DNA of 64,000 nucleotides from Ptychomitrium polyphyllum (Eukaryota), in contig OZ316776.1 of NCBI GenBank assembly GCA_973851085.1, forward strand, positions 992,001-1,056,000, read 5' to 3'. Shown in pieces: positions 12,003 to 25,648 of this stretch; the stretch's first letter is position 1, and each line of letters opens with the position of its first letter. The notes under the pieces are model-generated. The model ran no database searches and had not been told where the DNA came from. It worked only from the letters and a program-made list of their open reading frames with translations. A program made the translations under genes and the position numbers.

Positions 12003-12943
12003 GTCACTGTTGGCTTCCTGTTAGCCAAATGTGATTTCCACAGACGCCTCGCCCCACGTGTTGGCAAGCAGTGACGTCACACATGCTCTCACTTCAAGCC
12101 ATCACACGACTTTACAATTTGGCCGCGTTGGTACTCGTGCATTTCGTGTCTGGGCATCCATTCGCTGATGGTAAATGGCCCCAAAGCTCGGTCGAGGGCG
12201 GCTTCTGTGCCGAGGGTCGTTCCGCCATTTCTTATGACCCCGTATGCGGATGGCTCAGTCGTAGCGCGTCGACAGTTTTGGCAAGTACTGGATCTGCTCG
12301 AAGAGAGGCCAGTGGCAATTCAGCCTGTGGGCTTATGAATCTGTCCTCCATGTGACCTTGCTGCTCTCGGGGTACAAAGAGCGTAGCAATCCAGGCGCTC
12401 CTCCGTAGAGGACCCAAATCAAGTCATAGCTTCGTACGATACAAGACATTGTTCCAAGAAGAGACAGTCATTCCGATATCACCAACGGTGCCAAAACAGA
12501 TATTCAGATATCAACCCGTCCAAGTCCATTACTCAGATACATACACAAAAAGGAATATCAGCTGCGCTTGCACCAAACTACACCAGAATTTGCAGACCTC
12601 GTCTCTTTCTACCGCGCATGTCCACCATCTCCATGGCCTATGCTTTCTGAAATACATACAAACTAGATCGTCACTCTTCGTCCGGAGTGGGGCTCCTTCC
12701 CGCACGCGCTGCCGGTGACACCTCCTTCGCAGGGCTCTCCTTCTCCACGTCCTGCTCTGGGCTCGGGCTCACGCTCTGCCTCTTCTCTCCAGCCGCAGGA
12801 CTCTGCTCCCCGGGCTGGGCCTCTGGGCTCGCACTGCCACCCGCAGGGCTTCTGCTCATGCTTCTCCCGTTCGGGACAGGGCTGCCAGAGAGGCTGCGCT
12901 TCTCCTCCTTCGCCACAGGAGTGCGGCTCCTGCTCCCGCTGAG

Positions 12944-12976
<33 letters not shown>

Positions 12977-14893
12977 GCGGCTGCGGCTGCGGCTGCGGCT
13001 GCGGCCTGCCTTCCTGCGCTCGCCCTTCGCCGGGCTGCGATCATCCTTCACCGGACTGCGCTCGCCCTTTGCGGGGCTGCGGCCTCTCCTCGGAGGCGAT
13101 CGGCTGACAAAGACCAACCAACAACATCCGTCATATCCACAACTCCCGCACTGGAAATCGACTACTCACCGGACCGACTGGACCGTGCTGGGAAGCCAGA
13201 ACTTCACTGCCACCACTTCTCGTCATCAGCACGCGGTTCCTAAGAGTTGTGCACACAAACCTGTAGCTGCGGCTCCGGCTGCGAGAGACGCTCTTGCGAG
13301 ATCTCGCATGTCCTCGAGGCGAGCGGGATCGGGAACGAGATGGGCTGCACCAACCACAACGCCGTCAGTCGCTGGACTCCTCGCGCCACACTACTGTATG
13401 CTACAATCGTTCACCCCAGAACGCTCGGCACTCTACTGCATCCATTTTCATGGAGCCCCTCCGGACCGACTCACCTGCTGTTTGGCCTCGGACTGTTGCG
13501 GCAGTTGCGCTCGATGTGCCCACGCTGCCCGCACCTGTAGCACTTGTCTCTCCAGTCGCCCGCCTTGCAGTCTCTTGCCCAGTGCCCATCGTTCCCACAG
13601 TTGTAGCACCGCCCAGTGCCGGGGGGCGGACCTCTGCCCAGGTACTCTCGAGCCCCGCCTGGGGCGCCACGGGGTCCCTGCTCATTCATCCGCTACAACA
13701 AACATGAGTGCCAACCTCAGTATTTCTGGGACGGCCGAGACGCTAACATACTCACTCCGACAGTCACACGACCATGTCACGGCGACACACGACCTCGTCA
13801 TCATACACCCGTCGTGCTCAATGAAAGACGCTTCACAATTTCACACGCCAACCAAACACCACAACGATATCCGCGACGATGCATGAAACGCTACAGCCGC
13901 ATGCACGGACAACAACAGGCAAGGCTGCACCACTACGTCCACACCGTACACCATACACCATCGTACTCACCCTCCTCGCGAACTCCACAATCAGCCTGTT
14001 GCCATCAAAATCTTTCCCATTGCAGTAATGCCTCGCATCGTCGGCATCTCGCGCATCAGCGAATTCCTGGATAGACACCAGCGCTGCCACGTGAGCAGCA
14101 TTGACCACAAAAGACCGCGACCATACTCATCAACCCCCTGACAGACGTGAAAATCCAAATAGCGGCTTGTCCGCTGCCATTCGGCCCAACCAGGGAGGGA
14201 CATCGCGTCCACGCCATACTCCATCCCCATTCAAGAGCTCTCCAGGTGTTCCGTAACAGAGACCTATTCCAGAAAAGCCAGTGCCTCAAATCACACACCC
14301 AGCACCTAAGAATGACCACATCTGCTGCTCATGCAAGTGCGCATCGACCTGGACGCATTCAACCTCAACGACGTGCTGCTGACCAAAATGCCTCACGTCC
14401 CCACTTCTGAGTGGACACCCAGTCCACTGCAATGAAACCCAAACAAACTCAGTACTGGAAAGTAGGAACGGACACTCACAATGAAGGCAAAGTCGTGCTT
14501 CACATCCACGTCTCGAACTCTGCGGAAAGGGCCGCCAAAAAAAGAAGCAGCGCACCACGTCAACACCATTCCACGAGACACCACACGAATCACACACCAC
14601 TTTACTTCCACCCCTCCGAAATTCCATGAATGTACGCGTACATCAGCCCACTCATACATACAAGGAACCACGCCTTTCTACGCTGCGCCTTTCTGCCTCC
14701 CTCTGCCATCTACCTTCGCGAGCTTAAGCCACCAGTGCCACCACAGACCCCTCACCAAATTCACCTCCAGGCCGTGAGAGAGCCCACCAACCTTCAACAA
14801 CATCATGCAAGTAATTATGGCTTAGCCCTACCCATCCAGTACCGTTGCGTGATTGCCGAGGCTGACTTGTCTTGCACTCACCAGAAACTGACA
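12003..14893 (-). repeat. Right arm of ~2.9-kb near-perfect inverted repeat
   Basis: Mirror of 1766-4636 (coordinates sum to 16659, or 16639 beyond the indel). Carries 20 extra bp at ~12349-12368. Confidence 0.97.
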
Positions 14894-15884
14894 CGTGACA
14901 TGTGCAAATTTAAACTGGCGACTGATAGTTACCATGTATAATAGGGAAGAAATAGTAGAAGGTATTTAAAATCTGAACAGAAGTCCTAGTTCTTCAGAAT
15001 ATTTGCCGTAATCATATCATTAGCAAGCTCTGCTTCATCGTCAATATCTTGCCCAGTGTGTGTGCATCTACTCAGCAGATATTTCGTAGAACAGAATTCG
15101 TCTTTATCCAATTCACTGAGATGAAGCGAGAAAATTCCAACTGAAACTAAGGAATATCGTTGGAAACCCCACGTGGATTTCAGAACCTCATCAGTGAAGC
15201 GAACCTAAACTGGTCTAGAAACACAACTGTGAAATTATTGATTTTTAAGTATGAGACAATTAAAAATCCCTTTACGTGTTCGTAGCTACATTGCAGAGTT
15301 GTAATTGAGGGGAGCTCAAACAGACGCAAAATAAGAGAAGATATCAAGCTCTGGTATGATTTGGATATAATTCAGTAACTACTGTAGAGTACGATTCCAC
15401 GAGGTTCAGGTAGAATCCAACAAGTATCAGTATCATTAATGCGTCTACAAGCCAAAAATTTGTCCGGCTCACCAGACTTCCTTCACGATAGGAAGATAGG
15501 ATATGCTTTTCCAGTTTAACCAGAATGCCACCTCGTTCAAGTGCACCTGGCGCATAATTATCACCAAACTTAAGGATCTATTGAGAACTTTTTCATTAAC
15601 ATCAACCTCCTCGTGAAAACCGTTTCTGACACAAGGGGATAGAAATGAGAAATTCCACACCTCCCATACTTGGCGAAGAGGTCTTCCAAGTCCCGGCTTC
15701 TCGTCCGAGTGGAAAGACGGCCCACATAGAGCCGAGTGGCTCCGGCATCAGGCCCTCCGTCTCCTCCCCTGCCGCCACCGCCACCGCCACCGCCACCGGC
15801 GCCCCCACCACCTCGATAACCTCCACCTCCGCCTCTATCATCGCGCCTATCACTTCCTCTGTAGCGATCATCATACCGAGACAT
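12671..15884 (-). CDS. RS2Z: RS2Z-subfamily SR splicing factor, copy B (~359 aa). Exons 15884-15661, 14519-14480, 14066-13971, 13677-13475, 13344-13261, 13103-12671
   Basis: Exons 2-6 match copy A. Exon 1 encodes the same RRM start with a longer Gly tract. Donor AG|gtgtgg at 15660; probable 5'UTR donor near 16578. Confidence 0.95.
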
Positions 15885-16539
15885 CTTGCACAGATTGGGA
15901 TAGTACTACTCCAATCACTGCATAAAGAAAACACAAGACATGTGAGTAGAGCATCCACACAAGGTACAGCATCATAGTTCGGCTCATCTTTCAGCCAGCC
16001 CTCATTTTACAATGACTTCCATTCGTACAGCTTATGTATGTAATTATCATAAACTTCAATGGCTTAAACACCTTTACCCCAAAACCCAGAATTCGGCATT
16101 ACATGAAGCTTACAGGTCCGCGAAACTGAACTGCTCCTAACTATTACTTTCCAAGTCAATCAACGCGAGGTCATTCATCTGGATGTTATAGGAGTCGGTT
16201 GTTTCTCCGAATAATGTAGTATCCGTCAGGGTTGCAGCATTAGTAGTGTCTACCATTCACTGTGACCAAAGACTAGAATTAACAACAACCAAAAACAAAG
16301 GCAATAACTCGTTACGCAAACTTCAAAATCTAACATCTTTCACACAGCACGAAGAAAAACTCCGAACTACTACATCTCAATGAACAACCTTCAATCACAA
16401 CCAACGCATCCTGCCGCACTAAACCACCACCAATGAAAACTTCACCTTCCACAACATCTACAGCAGCAGAAATAGGAAATACAAACCTTACAAAAACCTC
16501 GCACAAACCTTGTATTGAGTTGCACCGTTCACAAAACCA

Positions 16540-16950
16540 AAACCCTACTCAAAGAATTCAAACGATGAGACTCCTACCTCAGATTACTCGTTGAAGCAAA
16601 CCGAACCTCAAAGGAAACTTCAATACAAGCCCATCACAACGTACCGGACGAAAACTACGCAAGAGCTGCAAAGTGCAATCGGTCCCGGTGTGAGACCGGA
16701 GTGGAAAGGGTTCAGCAGCAAACGCAATCCGCCATCACCACTAAGCCCATCGACGACAAATACAAAGCAAAATCGATGCCCTGGAGGCTGACCCACGAAT
16801 CTCGACCGTCCGTTCGGTTGCATAGAAGGCCCGGATGGTCCGAGTTCCACACCCAGATGGGCAATTCCACATGGAATTGTCGTCGTCTTCCAGGTTTTGT
16901 GGCCTTCATTTTAGGTTTTCACTTGCCACAGCCTCGATGTTGAGCTCTCT
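16540..16950. promoter_or_regulatory. Probable compact bidirectional promoter/5'UTR region between RS2Z copy B and the 17701 gene, with telobox AAACCCTA at 16540-16547
   Basis: Divergent gene orientation and a short GC-rich interval. A matching telobox (TAGGGTTT, 101-108) sits in the 5'UTR intron region of copy A. Confidence 0.5.
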
Positions 16951-17700
16951 TTGCAGTTTTCACACTTCGGAGATCAATTCCTTGGTTGATTTACACAACT
17001 TCTTCGCTGCTGCATTTCAAAGTTTTCGTTCTGAAGCTTCCTGCAAGTGATTTCCAGCCCATCGGATCATCTCTAGGCGTATTCTGATGCGCATTTGGGC
17101 ACGCTTATTTCATATCTTTCTCCGGGTAAGCATATGAATCTTCATGAGCTCTCTGGGGAAGTTTCTCTTTTCTTCTTGCTGGCAGATTGAGTCGTCCTGT
17201 GACCTGCGATTTGAGTTAGGGTTATTCTCAATCTGGTTTGGGAGGGGGATGTACATGTGATTAAGCACTGTGTGTACTGTGGTGAGAATGAGTTTCGTCG
17301 TTAGCATGCCGCCGCTTAAGTTAGAGATAGAAGACGCTGTGAATTTAATCAGGATTGTTCTCTTGTGCTCATTGCAGAAGCTTTGAACTACCCGCGCGTG
17401 ACATTTACTCGTGATTGAAGGAATGGGGACTGTTGTCATTGTAAGGAACGTAGAGATTTGTTCTGGGAAGTGTATATTGCGTTGTATGTTGAATGTATGT
17501 AGATTCGCTTTATAGGAAGTTGTGTTGTTTAGCTCAATATTGAGTAGAGTTACGGGTTTTACCAAAATCTGTGACACTGCGTTTGTGATTTCTGGATTGC
17601 AGGGAACTGGCGTGCTCTTGATCTTTAGAGAAAGATATTGCAGCCTGCATCTTAGTTTCGGTGAGTCGCATAACATCTAATTAGGGTTCAAGAATTGAGA

Positions 17701-18231
17701 ATGGCTCCGACGAGGGTTTTGAGTTCGGTAGCTAGGGTTCAGGGTTTTAGTAGAGTTAGGCAAGCCACGCCACTTTCTGTCTACTCTTCTGTTTCGTCGA
17801 CAAATAAGGAAGCATCACGAAAGTGTCAAGAGTATTCTTCTGCTGCTGGGGATGGCTGCTTAAATTCATTAGGAGGTTCGATGTCTTCACATCTATCATC
17901 AACGATTGCCCAACACTTCCCTAGGGGGCTTCAATCGCGGAGCTTCGCAGCTGCTCCAGTGAAACAGGATGAGATCAATGAGATCATTGAGAATATCAAC
18001 TCCAAGTTTGCCGATGCACGGGAAGAGATTGAGCTCGCTGCCGAGTCCAAGGAAACGGTGTACTTCAACGAGGAAGCTGAGATAGCGAAGAAGGCAGTAA
18101 TCGAGGTGCTTGATTTGTTCAATGGTCTTCTTGCTCGCCTCCCGGAATCAGAGCGCGGAGCGATTCAGCGGTCCATGGGCATGAAGATGGAGCAGCTCAA
18201 GGCTGAAGTTGCACAGCTCGATGAGCATTGA
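17701..18231 (+). CDS. Embryogenesis-like protein, probably mitochondrial (176 aa, single coding exon)
   Basis: N-terminus is S/R/A-rich and transit-peptide-like. The C-terminal domain (INSKFADAREEIELAAESKETVYFNEEAE...IQRSMGMKMEQLKAE) is recognised from plant 'embryogenesis-like' proteins. Confidence 0.82.
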   Translation: MAPTRVLSSVARVQGFSRVRQATPLSVYSSVSSTNKEASRKCQEYSSAAGDGCLNSLGGSMSSHLSSTIAQHFPRGLQSRSFAAAPVKQDEINEIIENINSKFADAREEIELAAESKETVYFNEEAEIAKKAVIEVLDLFNGLLARLPESERGAIQRSMGMKMEQLKAEVAQLDEH

Positions 18232-21200
18232 GTAGAGAAGTGTCAGTGTTTCAATAACAGCATGGGTCTAATTGTAAACCGATTCACAGGCTTAGGTTAA
18301 ATGCTGACCCAAGTGACGAAGACATGTGTTAAGATTAGGACGAATTGCAGGCCTTCGCTGTGGTTTTGAATAAGATAATAATAGACATGTGTTCTCCAAT
18401 TTTTGACAGTATGTGTTCAGATTACTCTTTGCATTGCATACCTGAGCTCTCTTTCGCAACTTCAGCTTCTTTCTACTTAACGATATACAATGAATGGCTA
18501 TCTGGATTCAGGATTTCTAGTTGTGCTACAGCAGGGTTATCATGTTTGACAATCCAACTCGGTTGATAGCGATTTATTGTTTCTTTTGTTTATTTGGTCC
18601 TACAGTAGATACTTTTGAACTTGTAGTTCCGAATCTGCATAGAAGGTGCCGTAAGTTCTTTTCAAGATAATGTGTTTGTACTTGTGTGCTCTCTTCGTGT
18701 GGTCGTCTTTCGACCATAGCCACCAACTTGGACATCCTATTTGAACTCTTTGAATGGGCTGGTTGGACCACCATTGTGTGAAAGATGAACAATTTGGAAA
18801 GAGCATGGAGAAGACTTCCTTGTTCCCATGAACTTCTTGTGATTGAAGTGCAATCATGCCGAAGTCAATAGATGATTTGACAGGCTGAGCGTTAATGTAA
18901 CAATTTTCACAATCACATGTGTTGTAGGGATAAGCGTATGCAGACATGTGGGTACGCTCTTCGTTCCACAACAGAACTGTATCGAGGATTGGGGTTGATT
19001 CCAACAGGTATGGTGGGTCATTCTGTTATTTACTCTGCTTTCTTGAAAAGTCTGTGAACGGGCCTTCAAGTGCGTTTCCATCTCTTAGAACTTTCTCTTC
19101 ACACCTCTTGAGCTCAGCCTCACACTATTTTCACTTCACTGAACAAAGCATGAAATTTGTTTCTAGTAATTGAATTTCATGCAGCTTTCATCATGCAGCC
19201 GTGCATGAGAAATTTCTACATTATAAGCCATTCTTTCTCTAATTATAATATCCTTACCCCACAAGGAGTGACTGCTGTTGTGAGGTGATTCATTATTTGA
19301 CTGTAATCAATCTTCTAGTTTCGTAAGCAGTTCATTTCTCCCTTGAGCATTGAAATCCCATTTGCTGTGCAAAGTAATCGTAATTTTTGTTCAGAACTCA
19401 TCCTCTCTCGCCTGAAAAAATAAGTTATTTGTCGGTGACCACCTTTGTAAGTGACGGAGTCTTTGTGCACACAGGTCTATGAAGATGCTGTCAGCCTCAT
19501 ACGAAAAGATTAGACATAGTCAAAATATCAGTTAGACCCACACGTAGAAACCATCCTTACGAATTTCTAGACACATAAAGACAAAGTTCATGTCTTATTT
19601 GCTTAGCCTTCCACATGGATAAAGCTATTCGCTACAACAGTGCTAACCGACAGATACTTTCAAGTGTAAATGAAGATTTGGTAACAGTATGAGATTTCTT
19701 GGAAATAATACCGACTCCATTCTGGAAGACCTTCGGGCTTATCTAATCTGTCGCAGTGGTCGAGTGGTGGCAAAACTACAGTACTTTAGAGCAGATGACT
19801 TGAGACATTCCATTACTTGTATCAACATTGTACTGAAGCGATGAGCCATGGTGGCACATCTCATTCACGTCTCTGAGTGAAGGTGCGTCGCTGTGCTCAC
19901 TCGTAGTAAAACACCAACCAACAAGCAGAAACTCTAAAGCCTGATTAGTGAACGCCAACTTTTACCTGTTAAAAATTGCCATGGTACGTTTACTGCAGTG
20001 GCCACATCATCGAATAAGTTCATGCTTCACACCACGCAGGCACATTAAGCTTCTGAGCTGCCGACCTAAAATTTACCGGCCTCGTATTCACCAGCCTCAG
20101 CTTCTCCGGTCACGACCGAATCCTGAGGTGCATTTCGGATTATAAAACACCTCAGCTTATTGCAGAGCTCCTTGGGTCAATGCAATAACGACAGTAACAC
20201 TAACTACCATATAGTTTTTGTAGGTTGTGTGGTCTTTTAAATTTTAGCTTCTCATACTAGCCTCCGAGCAGGCGGGCTGCGTAATACATGCCTGCAAGTA
20301 TGCTCAAAGTATAGTATAGATTTAGTATGGGTAAATCCTAGTCAAAGTTTCCTGGACACCTCTTTAACATTTTCAATAAGCCTGGCAGATTGTCGCCTGC
20401 TGTTTCAAATGTAGCTCAGCCGAACTCTGAAGTTTTTTCACTTGGTGCCGAGCTGGAATGCTTGAAGAAAGGATTTAATCTCTCACAAAGGTACACTTGC
20501 ACAAATAATTGAACTAAGTTATCGATCCTTGGTCGTCTAGAATTTAATACGACGGAAGTAACACGTAACGTGGCTCATAAGGTCCGATTCACTTCGCTTC
20601 AGATTTGTGCAGAAACTAAGAGCTCGCAATGCATATTCCAAATATCAATGCTAGTTGATGCTTGTTCCGAGTTTTTGTATTGTACGGTAGTGTAGTTGGG
20701 GAATAAATCTGCTTTGGGTGCGCTTGCTGTAGATCTAACCGAGGTATTTCAAAGTAAGGCGGGACCAAGGCACCCATAAGTTGCGAGAGGCTGCGAGACG
20801 GACACCACGTTACCACAGTGAGTTTCTGAAGATTTATATATTTTAAGCTTTTAGTCGTCAAATACTAAAAAGGACCGCGATGAGGCTGTCACCAGAAAGA
20901 TTCGATGCTCAAGATTCACTTGCTGTAACGATTGAACTGCAACTTGGTGACATGCGGCTGGATCCTTCATTCAAAACTTGCTGCAGCCTCTTGACACATG
21001 TAATCAGGGCACGCTGTGTACATCAGGAGATATTATTCAGCAGACAACATCATTTAGGATGTAAGACTATTGCCGTCCGGCTCCTAAATTGAAGATCTTG
21101 CGTCCTTCGGCAGTCTTCCACCCAGTTGATAGCCAAAACCCTGGTAAGTAGCAACAGACCACACTAGATTAGCGATTGACACGTCCATAGTACTAAAGCA

Positions 21201-22444
21201 TAAATACAAAAGAACTTGGAAGAAAGTAAAGCGGGAGGAAATTGTTCACGATGTGTGCAGGTATATCTGTCAAGATGTACCTGTCGATGCTCGAGGTTAC
21301 ATACGACTATAGAGGTGATGCATCACCTGGTGTGGGTAGACTCTCCAACACACGCCAATGCAGCGAAGAAAAAGTTGGAGCTAGACTGTTTGCCCCCATT
21401 TCGCCGAAGTAGATGCGAAGTTGCAGCGATGGAAATGAGAACCAGTCAAGCGAGTGGGTAGATCCGGATTTGGGCACCTTCTGGACCGATGTCTTCTGGG
21501 TTCAAATGTGCAGTACTTACTTGTGATGAACTCGACGAGATTTCGCTGAGGTGGTGTTCGCTGCGCGTGGCGAGCTTACAGACGACCAATGTTGCTTGTC
21601 AACATTAATATCTGCGTCGGATTTGTCTTTAAGGCGGTGCTTGTAGGATTGTTCCTCTGTCCAGCTGCGATTTCAGCCTGTTGCAATGCAGAATTGTGCT
21701 CATTGTTGACGTTTCTCTCCCCCTTAAACACCTCGTAGCTGGCCGATATTACGGGGAGTATCTTCGGGAACACGATTGATTGTAAGGTTTCTCTCTTCCG
21801 ATTGTGGGTTGTTTGAGGCGAAGGGATGCAATAAAACCGTTTGCAAGCATTATTAAATTACTTCTGTGTTGCTTGTAAGTAGTGGCATAAGGACCTGAAC
21901 GCTGTGCTCTGTTTTCGGAAATTTTTAGCCATTCTTACTTTTGAAGGTCAAATAGTTCGGTTTGTAGAGCCCACAACCTATGTTGCGGAAATGCATGCTG
22001 CAATTATGGGGGATGTACTTCCGTGCAGCACTTCTTAATTCTCATTAGTGGTGCAGATTTGTGCTCATAAGTGTTCATAAATGCTCAGTAACTGTTTTGC
22101 GTTTCTTAGTATTAGGCGTAACCGAGTTAAATATTTGAGTTCTAAACAAGGTAAAGGTCTGGAAGATCTGAAATTTAAGCTGACATAGCCTCCTCGAATG
22201 TATTAATTTCCCTTTGTTCTGTCTCTTATACGACTTGAGAATTTTGATCGATAGAATCCTTGTTTACATTTTCTGATTAGCTTAGGTTGGGAAGTTTGAG
22301 TATACAAGTTAAGTGAAGGAGCACCTTCTAGAGCTGCTCACTCTGATCCTGCCGCTCGTTGCAACCTAGAGGTCTAAACAGTGTTGCTTGTATGCAACAG
22401 AAAGTCCTTACTTGTTGGTGGTAAGGTGACGGCGGTGCGAAACT

Positions 22445-24174
22445 ATGGAGCCTGATTTGAAGTTGGGGCGATTGTTCATAAATCACTGGACAGACTGGGT
22501 TTTCATTATCATTCTCATCGGCCTTGAGGTGCTTTGTCAAGTGGTTTCGCCGTACCAACGGTATGTGGGAGCCACAAATTTTGTGACTCAATCGATTAAG
22601 TACCCTTACAAGCACAACACTATCCCTTTCCAGGCTGTGCCGGTATGTTTCCATTTCTTTGTATGTGTGGTTTTCTGTACATGATATGTTTCTAGCTTTC
22701 CGAAGAGAGAAAAGAAAGCAGTCTCTTGCTCAGTCCTGACAGTGAATTTGGCGTGCAGGTTATCGCTCTGGTGATTCCATTGATTTTTATCATAAGTCAT
22801 TTCTGCTACAGAAGAAATGTCCGTGATTTGCATCACGCGATTTTGGGTATGAATCGTCATTCTTCTTACCTCCACAAACTGTATTATCAGCATTTAAGTT
22901 CATTTTTCTTCAATATTGCAGCTTCATTGAGGGTAACATTGTCTCTAATCCCTGAGGTGGCAATGTGTTCACAGGTTTGCTGACGACCGTTGCTTTGACA
23001 GCAGTCATTACTGACGCAATCAAGGATGGAATTGGACGACCCCGCCCTCACTTCTATGCCCGCTGCTTCGGCAGCCCTCTCGCCAATGCTGTAAGTTTCT
23101 TAACAGAAGTATTCACGTCATAAACTATGAACTATTGGTTTGGTTAACTAAAACAAACAGATTTAGTAGCTAGAACTTCATTTCTTGGAGGAAGTTATTT
23201 AGTCGTGGTTGATGTTGTTGCAGACTTATGATGCAACTGGGAATGTCGTCTGCGTGGTAGCTCCAAAACTGATGAAAGAGGCATACAAAAGCTTCCCCAG
23301 TGGCCATACCTCATGGTCCTTCGCAGGTTTAGGGTACTTGGCGATGTATCTAGCTGGCAAGCTTAGCGTCTTCGACCGGCGAGGCCACTCTTGGAAGCTG
23401 TTTCCTGTGGTTCTGCCAATCATTGGTGCCACTTTCGTTGCCATCACCCGAGTTGATGATTACTGGCATCACTGGACCGATGTGTGCGCTGGAGCTGCTA
23501 TCGGTGAGTTGGTTGTAACACCAAAGTCGTGAGCTAGTATTTTACAAGCTCGTGTTCTGTACTTCATAAATCATTGAGAAAGGACAACATGGTCACGTCT
23601 AGGTTAGAACTTGAATTCAGCTCAAAAGCTTTGGAAGGAATGTAGATGAGATGGTCACTCCTGAACTGCAACATCGAATATTCAAACAAAAGAGATTATT
23701 GTAATAGCCTGGGTGAGTTGATCACTAATGCATTGATTTGTTTCGTCCAGGACTTCTATCGGCATACTTCTGCTACCGCCAACACTTTCCCAGCTTATTT
23801 GATGATTCTTGTAAGCTATTCTCATTCTTCACCTCTACTTGTCAATGCTATTAATCTTATTGGAACTGCCTTTTAAAACCAATATAGTAGATTATGAATT
23901 ACTGAAGCTGCTCTTTTACTAGACTAAGCAACTTGAATTTTTGAAAGATCCTCGAGTATCCGTCCTCATTTTGTTCGTTTTTGTAGCTGATGTTCCCTAT
24001 CCACACAAGCCGCGCAATAAAGGGGTTAGTCAGTCTTCGCTCGAATCTCCACTCCCAACTCAAATGGAAGAAAGGCCGTATGACGCAAGGCTAGACTTGG
24101 AACGAGGTGGCTCGCAGATTCCTATGATAGTGCCGCAGATGCCTGCGAAAGAAGCATACAAATCGCGCATGTAG
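22445..24174 (+). CDS. LPP: Lipid phosphate phosphatase (PAP2/LPP family), ~309 aa. Exons 22445-22642, 22759-22846, 22975-23090, 23224-23503, 23751-23810, 23987-24174
   Basis: Three PAP2 motifs: [15 protein letters not shown] and [12 protein letters not shown]. In-phase GT-AG introns; TAG at 24172-24174. Confidence 0.93.
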
Positions 24175-25648
24175 AGGCATTCCCTTTTTTAAACCGTAGT
24201 CTCCATCTCAGATTAAGCTTTAAAATGATTCTGTTACTTTGTTTGTTAGCTGTAGTTTCCTTATCTATGTTCTGATTTTTATTCTGCAGGAAGTTTGACA
24301 CTGAATCAGTGTCTGCTGTTTATACATGTACATTTTAGCGAAAAAAACAACAATGAATTTTTGACGACTTTTGTACCTATCTTATGAAACTCCGAGGGTA
24401 GTCTGACATTACACGTTGTGATGTTCCCTGGGTGAAGTGACTATAACGTACAACATAGTGAAAACATTCAACCAATGGATTGATGGGCATGGACGTATCT
24501 AATCAGCTGCTTTGAAAAGTATCTAGTGTCAAGAATCGTTTTCACATTGAGCAGTGAGCCCTAGAAAACTGATGATTACTTTCAAACAAAATTCTATACA
24601 AACGAGAAGTGAAAAATCAGCCACTTCGATTTTGGAAGATCCAAGTCGATCCCCAACAGCTACACTCTCTTTCTTTAGGAACTAGTGTACAAAGTAATTT
24701 GCAAATAGTGTTCGATGTTGTTTAAAAATATTTGCTTAATTCTAATTTAGTCTCATTCTAAAATATGTGCATATTTAAGGAAGTTTAGCTTCTGAGTTAC
24801 CAAGTCCCTCTTTAGCCAACATTTGTTGCAGGTCTATTGTATTTGTATACAAATTCTATGCAATATTAAAAAACTATAGGTTGAGTAATTAAGTGATTAA
24901 TGAGAGGAAATTGAAGATTGGATGTGATAATATCTTGAAGGTGTTTAAAAAAAGCACATCAATATTTTACATTAAAACATTTGAAGTATTAAAAGCATGC
25001 AAAGATGAGAATACAAGCCTCGGACCAAAATTATTTACAAAAAATATATATACATGTATAGTTATGGAACAGCATGTTATAAAATTTCAACAAAGCAAAT
25101 TCCATTTAATGATCATGATTACCCAATGGCACATCAAAGCATGTCGACAATTGGGTGTGGTTTGCATGTGGAGTAACATTGCACCTATATGGAAATCACT
25201 GAAACAAAGGACAGAATAAATAAAGATGCATTCTCTATACATTAACTCGTCATAAGAAACCACCATTATGAAACTCCAAATTGTGGATGTTTTTTCTGGA
25301 TTGACCACTAAATAGTTCGGGGCGGAAACTGAAACATGAGCCCATAGTCAGGTGGTTTTCACATTGAGAATGAGCTGAGGTGTGGGTCGAATTACATCTA
25401 TTCTTTTTCAAAGCGAGGCACAGATATTTGCTAGTGATTGAACAGGAGACCATTCATCACCTGCATGTGCGGTGCTTCAACGTAAACTCTTTGCGTCTCT
25501 GGGCTCGTTGTCTTGCAGGCACTTCCTCTCGTCGTTTATATAAGCTTATGCTGTTTTTCTCCTGCCATTGAATTCTTTCGATCTACTGTCCAATACAGAA
25601 AGTAAAGCAGAAACTAGTGATTCTGATATAATTCAGCAATGTCCGATG

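Noticed and set aside
17110..17676. 188-aa minus-strand ORF
   Set aside because: Antisense to the GT-rich leader intron of the 17701 gene; biased composition and no motif.
19751..19790. tRNA A-box-like gtggtcgagtgg (similar at ~45484)
   Set aside because: No B-box/T-arm or cloverleaf could be formed.
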